From positions 1 through 47,723 of the forward strand of contig JAQTRT010000001.1 of assembly GCA_028711675.1 (NCBI GenBank): 47,723 nt of DNA. The letters run 5' to 3'. This DNA is from a bacterium. Lineage in GTDB: Bacteria > Spirochaetota > JAHITG01. Of this stretch, positions 26,635 through 35,699 are shown piece after piece; the stretch's first letter is position 1, and every line of letters begins with the position of its first letter. Position numbers and translations under genes: made by a program. Below the pieces are notes generated by a model. It made no database searches. It was not told the DNA's origin and saw only the letters and a list, made by a program, of their open reading frames with translations.

Positions 26635-29196
26635 ATGAAACAGCGTTCAGGATTTTTTCTTTTTCTTTCCTTCTTCTTTTTTTTTGCTCCTTTGTTTTTA
26701 CATTCCCTTTCCCGGGATGACCGGAAGTTCCTGGAAAAAGTGGCGGAAAAGACATTCCGTTATTTCTGGGATGAGGCTAATGCACAGAACGGGCTGATCC
26801 CGGATGCCACTAAGAACCGGAACTGCAGCATATCCGTAACAGGCTTCGGGCTGGCCGGTATCTGTATCGCTGACAGCAGGGGCTGGATCAGCCATCAGAA
26901 GGCCTATGAAAGAGCTCTTGTTACGCTCCGTTCCTTTATCCCTGACAACCGGAATCCGGCCGGGACACAGGTCCAATCCGAGCACGGCCATCCTTATCAC
27001 TGGGTCGACCTGGAGACAGGCCAGTGGTCCGGAGAAGAGGGTATCTTTCCGACAGATACGGCTGCTTTCATAGCAGGGGTTATCATGGCCGGTGAATATT
27101 TTAAAGGCACGGAAGTGGAAAAATTAGCTGAGACCATTTTCCGGAACGTGGACTGGACCTGGTTCCTGAACAAGGAGAAGAACACGGTCTATGCAGGCTT
27201 CACGCCGTCAGGAGGTTTGTTTGGCGAGCACAGTTTGATAGAAGTAGGAACCCTGTTCCTTCTTTTGGGAATAGCTTCACCCACACACCCGTTTCCTGTC
27301 GAAACCTGGTTTAACCTGGGGAACAGTTATTATCATGCCGAATACGGACAGTTCTCGTATGTAGGAGACGGGGCAGCTTATACACACCAGTGGCCTTTCT
27401 GCTTTATCGATCCCAGATGGAAAAAGGATTTCTTCCTGGATTATTTTCAGAATGCCAGGGAGTTCAGCCTGGCCAGCCGGCAGTGGTGCATCGATAATAA
27501 GGAGCAGGGTTACGGAGAGAATGTCTGGGGCCTGAATCCTTGTGTGGGACCGGATAAATACGGAGAATATGCATGCCCTGCGATCCCCGGAGCCAGTCTC
27601 CCCTACAACGGGAAGGATAATGACGGTACCATTGCTCCGACAGCAGCCATTAGTTTCATGCCTTTTACGCCTGATGAATCGCTGGCCTTTACCAGGTTTA
27701 TTTATAAGAAATACGGAAGCAGAATTTTTGGTAAATACGGCTTTATGGACAGTTTTAATATCGTGAAAGATTTCTGGTGCAGTGAATATCTGGGCATCGA
27801 CCAGGGACCGATCCTGATAATGATCGATAATTTTCTGAACGGGACCGTCTGGAAATATTTCATGCAAAACAAGTTCATCAGGGATGCCATGGACCGTATC
27901 GGTTTTACCGGGATCATCGATAATTTTGATGAGAGCAGGCATTCCTCTCCTTACAGTAAATGGGGGGTCGAGGGTGATCCCGGCGCTTTCCGGTTTTCCA
28001 GGGAAACCGGAGAATCAAGGGAAGGGAAGAATTCCCTGAAGATCGATTTTTTCCAGCCTTCCGGCAAGAGCTTCCTTTATGCAGAACCCGGGCTAAAAGA
28101 TTATTCTTCTTATCAGTATCTTTGCCTGTGGAAGAAAGGACCGGTTGATCCTGTTCTCTTTCTGGAGGACATTAAACTGAAGCGGGAGAAATTAAAATTA
28201 CTTTCCAAGCAGAAGGACGAAGAGTGGGATTACCTCTGCTATGACCTTTCCGGGTCCCGGGTGGATAAAAGCAGGATACGGAAAATTTTGTTTATGTTTT
28301 ACAGCGGATCCGGTCCCCGGCAAGGCAGGGTCTATATTGATCATATCCATCTGGCCAATAAGGTCTATTCCGGGAAACCGTCCTCTCCCCAGAGATTCTT
28401 TGTCCGGGAAGGCGAGAACCGCGGTGAGATCAAGCTCGTGTGGCAGTTGAAAAAAGCCCGGGATGACCAAGGACCTGTAGCTACTTATGAGATCAAGGTC
28501 TCTGAAAAGCCCCTGAAGAGCGAGAAAGATTTTCAGCAGGCTAAGGATACTGTCAGGCAATATCAGGCCCGGATGACCACAGCCACTCAGCAAATGGTTC
28601 TTGAGGGTCTGCAGCCAGGAAGGGAGTATTATGCGGCTATGGACCTGATGAACAGCATGTATTTCCGATCGGACAGGGTAACGGGCCGGGCCCGGGCCAG
28701 CAGCCGGAAGGAGATCATGTTTCAGCTGGATAAAAAAGAACTGGTTGATTTTAATATCCGGGACTGGGAAAATTTTTCCTCATCCGGCGATACCGTCAAT
28801 ATGCAGAAGGTAAAAGGTTATGAGGGGACCGGACTGGAGCTTAGGTATGAAATGAAGAAAACCGGGAATTGGCACTGGATGGGTATCAGGAAAAAAGCAG
28901 AGGGAAAATTACCTGGCCGCGTCCGATTCTCCCTGTGGGTCAAGGGAAAAGGCCTGGACCTGAACATCGAATTCAAACTCATTGACAGGAACGGGAGCGT
29001 GTTCGGGATGAAGATCGATGATTTTAATTTTAACGGGGAATGGGGCGAGGTGACGATCGATTCATCGGAGCTGACATACTGGTGGGGCGGCCAGGGGAGC
29101 CAGCAGATGGGCGGATTGGAGTGGGTCGAGATCGCGTTCAGCACGGACGAGGCCGGGACGGGAAGCGTGGTTGTTAATAAGTTAACGCTTGAATAG
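26635..29196 (+). CDS. Large secreted glycoside hydrolase-like protein (glucoamylase/DUF3131/GH144-like N-domain plus FN3-like and two CBM-like domains)
   Basis: Signal peptide, then FRYFWDEANAQNGLIPD...VTGFGLAGICIA and later GFMDSFN...IDQGPILIMIDN, typical of the putative-glucoamylase/beta-1,2-glucanase fold. The FN3-like segment is PSSPQRFFVREGENRGEIKLVWQ...YEIKVS. The C-terminal beta-sandwich-like segments are an inference. Confidence 0.6.
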   Translation: MKQRSGFFLFLSFFFFFAPLFLHSLSRDDRKFLEKVAEKTFRYFWDEANAQNGLIPDATKNRNCSISVTGFGLAGICIADSRGWISHQKAYERALVTLRSFIPDNRNPAGTQVQSEHGHPYHWVDLETGQWSGEEGIFPTDTAAFIAGVIMAGEYFKGTEVEKLAETIFRNVDWTWFLNKEKNTVYAGFTPSGGLFGEHSLIEVGTLFLLLGIASPTHPFPVETWFNLGNSYYHAEYGQFSYVGDGAAYTHQWPFCFIDPRWKKDFFLDYFQNAREFSLASRQWCIDNKEQGYGENVWGLNPCVGPDKYGEYACPAIPGASLPYNGKDNDGTIAPTAAISFMPFTPDESLAFTRFIYKKYGSRIFGKYGFMDSFNIVKDFWCSEYLGIDQGPILIMIDNFLNGTVWKYFMQNKFIRDAMDRIGFTGIIDNFDESRHSSPYSKWGVEGDPGAFRFSRETGESREGKNSLKIDFFQPSGKSFLYAEPGLKDYSSYQYLCLWKKGPVDPVLFLEDIKLKREKLKLLSKQKDEEWDYLCYDLSGSRVDKSRIRKILFMFYSGSGPRQGRVYIDHIHLANKVYSGKPSSPQRFFVREGENRGEIKLVWQLKKARDDQGPVATYEIKVSEKPLKSEKDFQQAKDTVRQYQARMTTATQQMVLEGLQPGREYYAAMDLMNSMYFRSDRVTGRARASSRKEIMFQLDKKELVDFNIRDWENFSSSGDTVNMQKVKGYEGTGLELRYEMKKTGNWHWMGIRKKAEGKLPGRVRFSLWVKGKGLDLNIEFKLIDRNGSVFGMKIDDFNFNGEWGEVTIDSSELTYWWGGQGSQQMGGLEWVEIAFSTDEAGTGSVVVNKLTLE

Positions 29197-29240
29197 TGAA
29201 AAAGTTTCAGGAACCGGCCTCTCTATAGACAATTAAACTA

Positions 29241-29268
29241 TTGACTTTGGAATATTAAAAAATATTAT
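29241..29268 (+). promoter_or_regulatory. Sigma-70-type promoter
   Basis: TTGACT (29241-29246), a 16-nt spacer, then TATTAT (29263-29268), upstream of the 29298 gene. Confidence 0.4.
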
Positions 29269-29297
29269 TCACATAGTCTTAATAGTCTTATTCATTG

Positions 29298-30347
29298 ATG
29301 AACAGGGCCCGCATGAAGAAAATCAATATTACATTTATCCTTTTTTTTAGTATGGCCTTATGGCTTTCCGGTATGAATAGGACGCCGGAAAACATCTATT
29401 CCGGATACGGTTATGTGGCAGGTGTCGATAATATCAATTCCGTTGTCATCAATCCGGCCAATCTGTATGTGGTCAATAATGATGAGATCTATATTACATT
29501 TTCGCGCCCTTTTCTTTTTCATTCCGTGGCTTTTGGATTTCCCCTGGGTACTGATTTTTATCTTGGAATGGCCTTTGTCGCTGCCACGAATAATTTTCAC
29601 CAGTACAGGGCCGGATTTAATATGCTCAACTCGGAATATATCAAGCTGGGTCTGACCACAGGCCTGGACCGCGAGATCCAGTCCCGCGGTTCGGATAGAG
29701 TGGGAGTGGCGCTCTCCCCGGGTTTGACCGTTCTTCTCATCAGCAGTGAAGATATTGATTTTAACCTTACACTCGGTGTCAATTACAAGAACCTGATGAG
29801 GTACAATAATTTCAAGAGCACGACCAATTTTACCAAAAATAACATCGATATGGGATTACGGAGCGAACTGTTCATCAAAGACCTTTTCGTTAATCTTGGG
29901 GCGAATTATTTTTCCGGGGACCTGAAATATTCCACGTCCGTTGAATACCTTGTTCTGAACGAATTGAACATCGGATTAGGGATCAGGGAGAACGATGTTG
30001 TTTTCGGGTTCACCATCAATTTCCTCAATAATTTTATGGCGTTCGGTTATGAAAAAAAGAATTACAGTTTAAGCTATTGCGTGTCCCTGAACAACATGCT
30101 GGTGATGCGGACGGAAAAAGCAGCCCGGAAAAAGGTCAGGCATGTCAAGCCCGTCAGCCGTTCCGTCTTGAATAAACAAAAACAACTCCTTGATGAAGGG
30201 TTGAAACTGTACAAGGAAAAGCAATACGAAGAAGCGAAACAGACCTGGCAAAAGCTCATCCGCATGGCTCCCTCCACGGATTACGCCAAGGAAGCCAGAA
30301 ATTATATCCAGAAAGTGAACAACATACTGCGGAGCTTCAATGAATAA
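29298..30347 (+). CDS. Outer-membrane beta-barrel-like protein with an N-terminal NPA motif and a C-terminal TPR-like helical tail
   Basis: Signal peptide MNRARMKKINITFILFFSMALWLSG, then NINSVVINPANL, and beta-strand-like repeats. The tail is LLDEGLKLYKEKQYEEAKQTWQKLIRMAPSTDYAKEARNYIQKV. The start could be 29295, 29298 or 29313. Confidence 0.5.
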   Translation: MNRARMKKINITFILFFSMALWLSGMNRTPENIYSGYGYVAGVDNINSVVINPANLYVVNNDEIYITFSRPFLFHSVAFGFPLGTDFYLGMAFVAATNNFHQYRAGFNMLNSEYIKLGLTTGLDREIQSRGSDRVGVALSPGLTVLLISSEDIDFNLTLGVNYKNLMRYNNFKSTTNFTKNNIDMGLRSELFIKDLFVNLGANYFSGDLKYSTSVEYLVLNELNIGLGIRENDVVFGFTINFLNNFMAFGYEKKNYSLSYCVSLNNMLVMRTEKAARKKVRHVKPVSRSVLNKQKQLLDEGLKLYKEKQYEEAKQTWQKLIRMAPSTDYAKEARNYIQKVNNILRSFNE

Positions 30348-30362
30348 GGAAGGATCATTCTC

Positions 30363-31724
30363 ATGAAAGGGGTCAGACATGTTATCCTGAAATTACCGAT
30401 CCGTTACAAGATCAGCATCATCATGATTGTGATCTTGTTTACTTCCATTACTCTCATCAGCAGCCTCCTTTTTAACAAGGAAAAAGCCATTCTCCTGAGC
30501 GAGATGAAGAAACGGGGAAGCGTACTTTCCAAGAACCTCGCCAATGCCGGATTCGAGGCCATTATCAACAAAGATAAACTCATCAGCAGTGATATCATCA
30601 TCGAGATCATGAAGGACCAGGATATCATCTACTGCATGATCCTCAACAACAGGAACAGGGTAATCGACAGCTCTGTCCCGGAAGAAATCAATAAAACCCT
30701 CAGGGATGAATACACCAGGAGCATCAGTAAACTGGATGAACTCACCATTATCAACCAGGAGCATGATGGACAAGAGGTACTGGATATTATACGGCCCATC
30801 TTTATTGAGTATAAACATAAAAAGATAAAGAAAGGGTATATCCGGATCGGCATGGGATGGGATATCATCAACGCGGAGATAAAAAAAGCCCAGACATATA
30901 CTATTTTCCTGGCCTTCTTCTTCCTGGTGATAGGGGTGACCATTTCTCTTGTCTTTGCCAAGACCATCACAGACCCCATCCTCAAGATCGTCCGTGTCAT
31001 GGAAAAAGTAGGACAGGGCGATTTGGAACAGCGGGTGGACATCTCCCTTATCGATGAGATCGGGAAACTGGCCGGAGCTTTCAACGAAATGATCCAGCAC
31101 TTAAAGGAAAAACTGATGATGGCCAAGTATGTTTCCAAGTCCACCATGGAGATGATCTCCCATAAAGATGACAGCAAGCTGGAGCTGGGCGGCCGGCGCA
31201 AGACCGTTACCCTCTTCTTTTCCGATATCCGCGGCTTTACGTCTTATTCCGAATCCAAAACGCCTGAGCAGGTGATCACGATGCTGAACAAATTCCTGAG
31301 CATCCAGGCGGAGATCATAGACAAGACCGGCGGCTCGGTCGATAAATTCGTAGGCGATGAAGTTGTGGCTGTTTATGAAAAAGGGAACATGGTGGAGAAC
31401 GCTATTAAATCATCTGTTCTGATACAGAGGAAGATCCTGGACCTGATCCATAAAGGAGAGGATGAGATCGCCATCGGGATCGGGATCAATACAGGGGAAG
31501 TGGTCATGGGAAACATGGGGAGCGAAAAAAGAATGGATTACACTGTCATCGGCGATACGGTGAACACGGCATCGCGTCTCTGTTCCAATGCCATGGCGGG
31601 CCAGATCATCATTTCCGAATCAGCGTATCTGCAGGTTAAGGGCAAATTTAAATTTAAGCGGCCTATCGAGATCTCGGTCAAAGGGAAGAAGGAACCGATC
31701 AAGGTATATGAGGTTATTTATTGA
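30363..31724 (+). CDS. Membrane-bound class III adenylate/guanylate cyclase with an extracytoplasmic sensor region and HAMP domain
   Basis: Two TMs flank a ~140-aa loop. The HAMP domain reads ITDPILKIVRVMEKVGQGDLEQRV. The cyclase core reads VTLFFSDIRGFTSYSE...FVGDEVVAVY...GINTGEVVMGNMGS...DYTVIGDTVNTASRL. Confidence 0.85.
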   Translation: MKGVRHVILKLPIRYKISIIMIVILFTSITLISSLLFNKEKAILLSEMKKRGSVLSKNLANAGFEAIINKDKLISSDIIIEIMKDQDIIYCMILNNRNRVIDSSVPEEINKTLRDEYTRSISKLDELTIINQEHDGQEVLDIIRPIFIEYKHKKIKKGYIRIGMGWDIINAEIKKAQTYTIFLAFFFLVIGVTISLVFAKTITDPILKIVRVMEKVGQGDLEQRVDISLIDEIGKLAGAFNEMIQHLKEKLMMAKYVSKSTMEMISHKDDSKLELGGRRKTVTLFFSDIRGFTSYSESKTPEQVITMLNKFLSIQAEIIDKTGGSVDKFVGDEVVAVYEKGNMVENAIKSSVLIQRKILDLIHKGEDEIAIGIGINTGEVVMGNMGSEKRMDYTVIGDTVNTASRLCSNAMAGQIIISESAYLQVKGKFKFKRPIEISVKGKKEPIKVYEVIY

Positions 31725-31778
31725 AGCTTTCGGATCTATTTTTTAAAGACCCGGCTTTAAGATAAACAAGTAAAAAAA

Positions 31779-31806
31779 TTGACAAAGAATTAAATTTATA
31801 TAGATT
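31779..31806 (+). promoter_or_regulatory. Sigma-70-type promoter
   Basis: TTGACA (31779-31784, preceded by A7), a 16-nt spacer, then TAGATT (31801-31806). AGGAG at 31821-31825 lies 9 nt before the ATG at 31835. Confidence 0.45.
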
Positions 31807-31834
31807 AAAGTATTGATTAAAGGAGTTATGACGT

Positions 31835-32173
31835 ATGGATTTAAAGGTCATTGAAAAAGTAAAGAAATTAGCGGATGAACTGAAAAAAAAGGTGGAAGAG
31901 AAAGCCGCGCAATTCAAAACGAACAAAGAGCAGGAAAAAGATAAAGCTTTAAGGCTTTTGAAAAAGAAATTAAAACGGGCCCAGAGACGCCTCAAGCTGC
32001 TCAAGACTGAGTATGAAAAAAAGACAAAACCTGCCCCAGCCAAAGAGGAAAAGAGCGCGGAGAATAAGGGAATAGCTCCTGCACAGGAGAATGCGGCTGA
32101 AAAACCTGAAGCATCGGCTGAAGCTAAAACAGAGGAAGCTGTTCCTGAAAAAAAAGAAGAAACCCCCGCGTAG
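31835..32173 (+). CDS. Lys/Glu-rich coiled-coil hypothetical protein with a low-complexity acidic Ala/Pro/Glu tail
   Basis: Has its own promoter and SD. The 112-aa product runs MDLKVIEKVKKLADELKKKVEEK...KKKLKRAQRRLKLLKTEYEKK and then becomes disordered. No family was recognised. Confidence 0.45.
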   Translation: MDLKVIEKVKKLADELKKKVEEKAAQFKTNKEQEKDKALRLLKKKLKRAQRRLKLLKTEYEKKTKPAPAKEEKSAENKGIAPAQENAAEKPEASAEAKTEEAVPEKKEETPA

Positions 32174-32241
32174 GATTCATCCCGGTCACTGGTTTATTTC
32201 ACTGAACACGGCCGTTTACTGCTGATCAGGTTCCCATCTTT

Positions 32242-32820
32242 ATGGAATTGAGAACAGACAAAATTAATTTATTCTGGCTCTCCCGAAAAGGATTGTTCCG
32301 GTTCAAGACATGGTTCGTCCTGAAAGTCGTTGTCCTCTTTCTCTGGGGGTTCGTCATCCTTAATTCCTATTCGCTCTACCTGAGCCAGCCCCGGCTCTTT
32401 CAGGCCAGCATCAGCAACAAGTTCATGTTCTTCCTTTTCCTCCTTCTCAATTTCATTTTTTTCGTTTTTTTTATGGCGCTCACCATCCTGACTTTTAAAT
32501 TAAGGCAGGTGGAATTCGGCCTTTACCGGTGCAGCGGCGCCACAAGGCGGGAGATCATTACCCTGATGTTCAATGAGAGCCTGATGCTGACCCTTATCAG
32601 TTTCGGCCTTCTCTTTTTTTTTGAGATCATCTTTATTTACTTCTTCCGGCTGGAGATAGCGGGACTGTTTAAAGTGAGTTACGACCTCCGGTTCACGCTG
32701 GGCATGGCGAAGAATTTCCTCCTGTCCCTGGTCCTTGTTTTCATTCTATTGATGGTCTGTTATTTTCCGCTCGCAGTGTATTATTCCTGTAAAGACCCTT
32801 ATGAAATAGTGAGGTATTGA
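32242..32820 (+). CDS. Minimal FtsX-family ABC permease (4 TM, no extracytoplasmic domain)
   Basis: The FtsX-domain signature KLRQVEFGLYRCSGATRREIITLMFNESLMLTLIS lies between TM2 and TM3. The TM1-TM2 loop is only ~13 aa. The stop overlaps the next gene's start. Confidence 0.65.
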   Translation: MELRTDKINLFWLSRKGLFRFKTWFVLKVVVLFLWGFVILNSYSLYLSQPRLFQASISNKFMFFLFLLLNFIFFVFFMALTILTFKLRQVEFGLYRCSGATRREIITLMFNESLMLTLISFGLLFFFEIIFIYFFRLEIAGLFKVSYDLRFTLGMAKNFLLSLVLVFILLMVCYFPLAVYYSCKDPYEIVRY

Positions 32821-33503
32821 CCTTGTTTTTCCGTTTGATCGACATTAAAAAAAGTTATCAGGGAGGAAGCCAGAAGACACTCGTACTGAAAGGCATCAAC
32901 CTGGATATTAATGAAGGAAGTTTTATTTCTTTCGTGGGTGCTTCGGGCGCCGGTAAGTCCACGCTGCTCCTCATCCTGGCCGGTCTGCTCAGGCCTACGT
33001 CCGGGGAGCTGTACTTTGATTCCAAGAAACTGACGCGGTTATCGGACAAGGAATGGTCCTTCATTCGGAAACAGTATATCGGTATTATTTTTCAAAAGAA
33101 GATCTTTATCCCGCACCTGAAGGTATATGAGAACATCATTACTCCCTTATCGTTCATCACGGACCTGTCCGGCCGGGGATTTGACGATGGCCGGGTGGAA
33201 GACCTGATGGAAACCTTCGACCTGAAGGCGCACAGGAACAAGTATCCCGAGGAATTGAGCGGTGGTGAACTGCAGAGGATGATGATCGTCCGTTCCTTGG
33301 TGACCGGTCCTAAGATCCTGCTGGCTGATGAACCTACAGGGGACCTGGACCTGGAGAACAGCAAGGAGATTATCCATATTTTAAAAAAGATCAATAAAAA
33401 AGGACTTACGATCGTGATGGTCACACACAACAAGGAGCTGGCTCTGCAAGCCAGGAATATTTACAGGATCGATAAGGGTGAGATCGCCAAATTAATCAAA
33501 TGA
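32817..33503 (+). CDS. ABC transporter ATP-binding protein (MacB/LolD/FtsE-like)
   Basis: Walker A GASGAGKSTLL, signature LSGGELQR, Walker B LLADEPTGDLD, and H-loop VTHN. The TTG start at 32817 overlaps the upstream TGA (TTGA), with GAGG 4 nt upstream. Confidence 0.9.
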   Translation: MTLFFRLIDIKKSYQGGSQKTLVLKGINLDINEGSFISFVGASGAGKSTLLLILAGLLRPTSGELYFDSKKLTRLSDKEWSFIRKQYIGIIFQKKIFIPHLKVYENIITPLSFITDLSGRGFDDGRVEDLMETFDLKAHRNKYPEELSGGELQRMMIVRSLVTGPKILLADEPTGDLDLENSKEIIHILKKINKKGLTIVMVTHNKELALQARNIYRIDKGEIAKLIK

Positions 33504-34162
33504 AGATTTTATTGATTGCGGATAAGGTCAGCCCTGTTCTCTACAGTGAGAATATCAAAAGGAATCCCCGGTTAAGAAATATCGATTGTATCCTGTCCGC
33601 AGGGGACCTGCCTTTTTATTATTATGACTTCCTGGTCTCCAACCTCAATGCGCCGCTGTATTATATCCTGGGGAATCATATCCGTGATATAGACGAAGAG
33701 TTCGAGCGGGAGCTGCCGGTCTTCCGGAAAATGGGCGGTTTTTTTAATCTGGACAATAAGGTCATCCGGTACCACGGCCTGCTGATGGCTGGTCTGGAGG
33801 GCTCTTTTCGTTATAATGATAAGAACCACCAATACACGGAATCTCAGATGCGGTTCAAGATATTCAGGCTTATTCCCCGCATGCTGAAAAATAAATTATT
33901 GTACGGCCGTTATCTGGATATCCTTCTGACCCACGCTCCTCCTTACGGGATATACGCCATAACGGAGAACGATACGGCGCACAGGGGATTCGAGGCCTTC
34001 AACCGGTTCATCAGGCGGTTCAAACCCCGTTATGTGATACACGGTCATGTCCATTTATTGAACGAATACATAAAGTCCGTTAAACGTTACAGGAACACCA
34101 AGATCGTAAATGCGTACGGGTATAAGATCCTGAATATCCGGATGAAAAAGAAGAAGGTTTAG
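33500..34162 (+). CDS. Calcineurin-like metallophosphoesterase with a degenerate motif I
   Basis: Motifs SAGDL, LGNHI, LLTHAPP and HGHVH are present, but motif I reads LLIADKV, which lacks the usual His. The start overlaps the upstream stop (ATGA). Confidence 0.7.
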   Translation: MKILLIADKVSPVLYSENIKRNPRLRNIDCILSAGDLPFYYYDFLVSNLNAPLYYILGNHIRDIDEEFERELPVFRKMGGFFNLDNKVIRYHGLLMAGLEGSFRYNDKNHQYTESQMRFKIFRLIPRMLKNKLLYGRYLDILLTHAPPYGIYAITENDTAHRGFEAFNRFIRRFKPRYVIHGHVHLLNEYIKSVKRYRNTKIVNAYGYKILNIRMKKKKV

Positions 34163-34175
34163 AACAAACATTATT

Positions 34176-35699
34176 ATGGATGATTTAATCGAAAAAAAAA
34201 TTAGTGATGATTTTGACCGGGCGAGGTTTAAATCCTTTTTCAATGCCATTTTCAGGTATTTGAAAAAAGAGAAGAATGAATTGCTCTCCTTTGACAAAGT
34301 CAAAAAGGCTGTCAGGCCGATACATCAGGTTTACAAGGGCATGAAATCCATCCCCCTTGAGAACATCCGGGGAAGTGAAGGACGGTACAGGGATTTTGAC
34401 AAGGAATTCCTGCCGAGACAGGAAAGCATACGTCCGCGCTGGGAGAACATCGATAAGGCACATTATGAGAACCAGGAACTTCCGCCTATCCAGGTGTATC
34501 AGATCGGCGATATTTATTTTGTAAAGGACGGGAACCACAGGGTCTCGGTCGCCAAGGAGAAAGGGCAGAAATACATCGATGCTGAGATCATCGAGCTGAA
34601 AGCCAAGGTGCCTCTGGAAAAGGATATTGATTATGAAAGACTGATCCTGAAGGAAGAGCATGTCAGGTTCCTGGAAGAGACGAAGATGGACGTAATACTT
34701 CCTGAAACAAGGTTTGAGTTCACCCGGCCGGGCCAGTATGACCATATCGTCGAACAGATCAAGGCCCACCAGCGGATCATGTCCGCCCTTTCAGGAAAGG
34801 AATCGGACTGGGAACACGCGGTCCGGTCCTGGTACAAGGTTATTTATCTGCCCATTAAAAAGCTTATCAAGAAATATCATATCCTGCGTCACTTCCCGGA
34901 CCTGACCGAAGCTGATCTGTTCATGTGGATCATCAAGCACTGGAACTATCTGCGTGGCAAATCGGAAACTTCCATTGATTCTGAATCAGCGGCCATTGAT
35001 CTCAAAGAAACATACAGCCGTAAGCTGTTCTATAGAATTTCAAAGGCGTTCTTGAAGATATTCAAGCCAGGTAAGTTCGCTTTTCTCCTCCTGCTGGCCC
35101 CTCTTTCCCTTTCCGGGGATACTAATTTCAATATCAAAGGGCCGTCAGAACCCCGGATCGATCTGGGAACGAAACAAACCAATACGGTCAGAAAGGAACA
35201 ATCCATCAAGGTTCAGGAGAAAGAGAAGGCTATCTATGTTTTTTCCGTTTCCGTCATCTTCCAGGACAAGGCCATGCTCAAAGGCCTTGTTTCGTTCCTG
35301 GAGGATGAATTGAAGGTCCAGTATACCAAGAACAATTTTCTCTTCCGGAAGACCGTGAGCTGGAACGATGTCAAGAGCCTTCAGATCATGGAGTGGAAGC
35401 CCAGCCTCAATACCCAGGAAAGCAATGCCCGTCTTCTCATGTACTATTTTTATCCCCGTAAATATAAGATCATCATGGAATCAGGTGAAACATACTATTA
35501 TGATAAGAATATCCCCTATATTAATAAATTGATCCTGACCAACGAAGACGGAAGCACGGATATCTTCTCGTATTTTGTTGATTATTGGAGTGTGACAGGC
35601 CCGAACACAGGATACTGGCGGAATGCCAGGAGTACTTATTTTTATGCTCCTTTCGAGCATGCGAACAGGTCGGTAATCAAGAAAATCAATTTCAGATGA
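34176..35699 (+). CDS. ParB/Srx-fold (ParB-like nuclease domain) protein fused in frame to a signal-peptide/TM-like segment and a ~215-aa beta-rich C-terminal domain
   Basis: Contains RGSEGRYRDFDKEFLP, then PPIQVYQIGDIYFVKDGNHRVSVAKEKG (a ParB/sulfiredoxin DGxHR-type motif). Residues 293-314 read LKIFKPGKFAFLLLLAPLSLSG. No family was recognised for the C-terminal domain. Confidence 0.6.
   Translation: MDDLIEKKISDDFDRARFKSFFNAIFRYLKKEKNELLSFDKVKKAVRPIHQVYKGMKSIPLENIRGSEGRYRDFDKEFLPRQESIRPRWENIDKAHYENQELPPIQVYQIGDIYFVKDGNHRVSVAKEKGQKYIDAEIIELKAKVPLEKDIDYERLILKEEHVRFLEETKMDVILPETRFEFTRPGQYDHIVEQIKAHQRIMSALSGKESDWEHAVRSWYKVIYLPIKKLIKKYHILRHFPDLTEADLFMWIIKHWNYLRGKSETSIDSESAAIDLKETYSRKLFYRISKAFLKIFKPGKFAFLLLLAPLSLSGDTNFNIKGPSEPRIDLGTKQTNTVRKEQSIKVQEKEKAIYVFSVSVIFQDKAMLKGLVSFLEDELKVQYTKNNFLFRKTVSWNDVKSLQIMEWKPSLNTQESNARLLMYYFYPRKYKIIMESGETYYYDKNIPYINKLILTNEDGSTDIFSYFVDYWSVTGPNTGYWRNARSTYFYAPFEHANRSVIKKINFR

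Noticed and set aside
26678-26686. T9 homopolymer inside the signal-peptide coding region of the GH144-like gene, and A/T runs of 8-10 elsewhere (for example 3591-3600 and 2290-2298), as potential phase-variation tracts.
   Set aside because: Such runs are frequent throughout this AT-rich sequence, including in housekeeping genes. There is no evidence of length heterogeneity from a single assembled sequence.
29273-29290. Tandem 9-mer ATAGTCTTA x2 just downstream of the predicted promoter of the 29298 gene (possible operator).
   Set aside because: There are only two short copies in AT-rich DNA, and a chance occurrence is plausible. It is noted but not promoted without comparative support.
35585-35695. 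Longer start for the ogt ORF, overlapping the ParB-like gene by 115 nt.
   Set aside because: The extension has no homology-like features. The ATG at 35696 forms a classic ATGA stop/start overlap and yields a normal-length MGMT.
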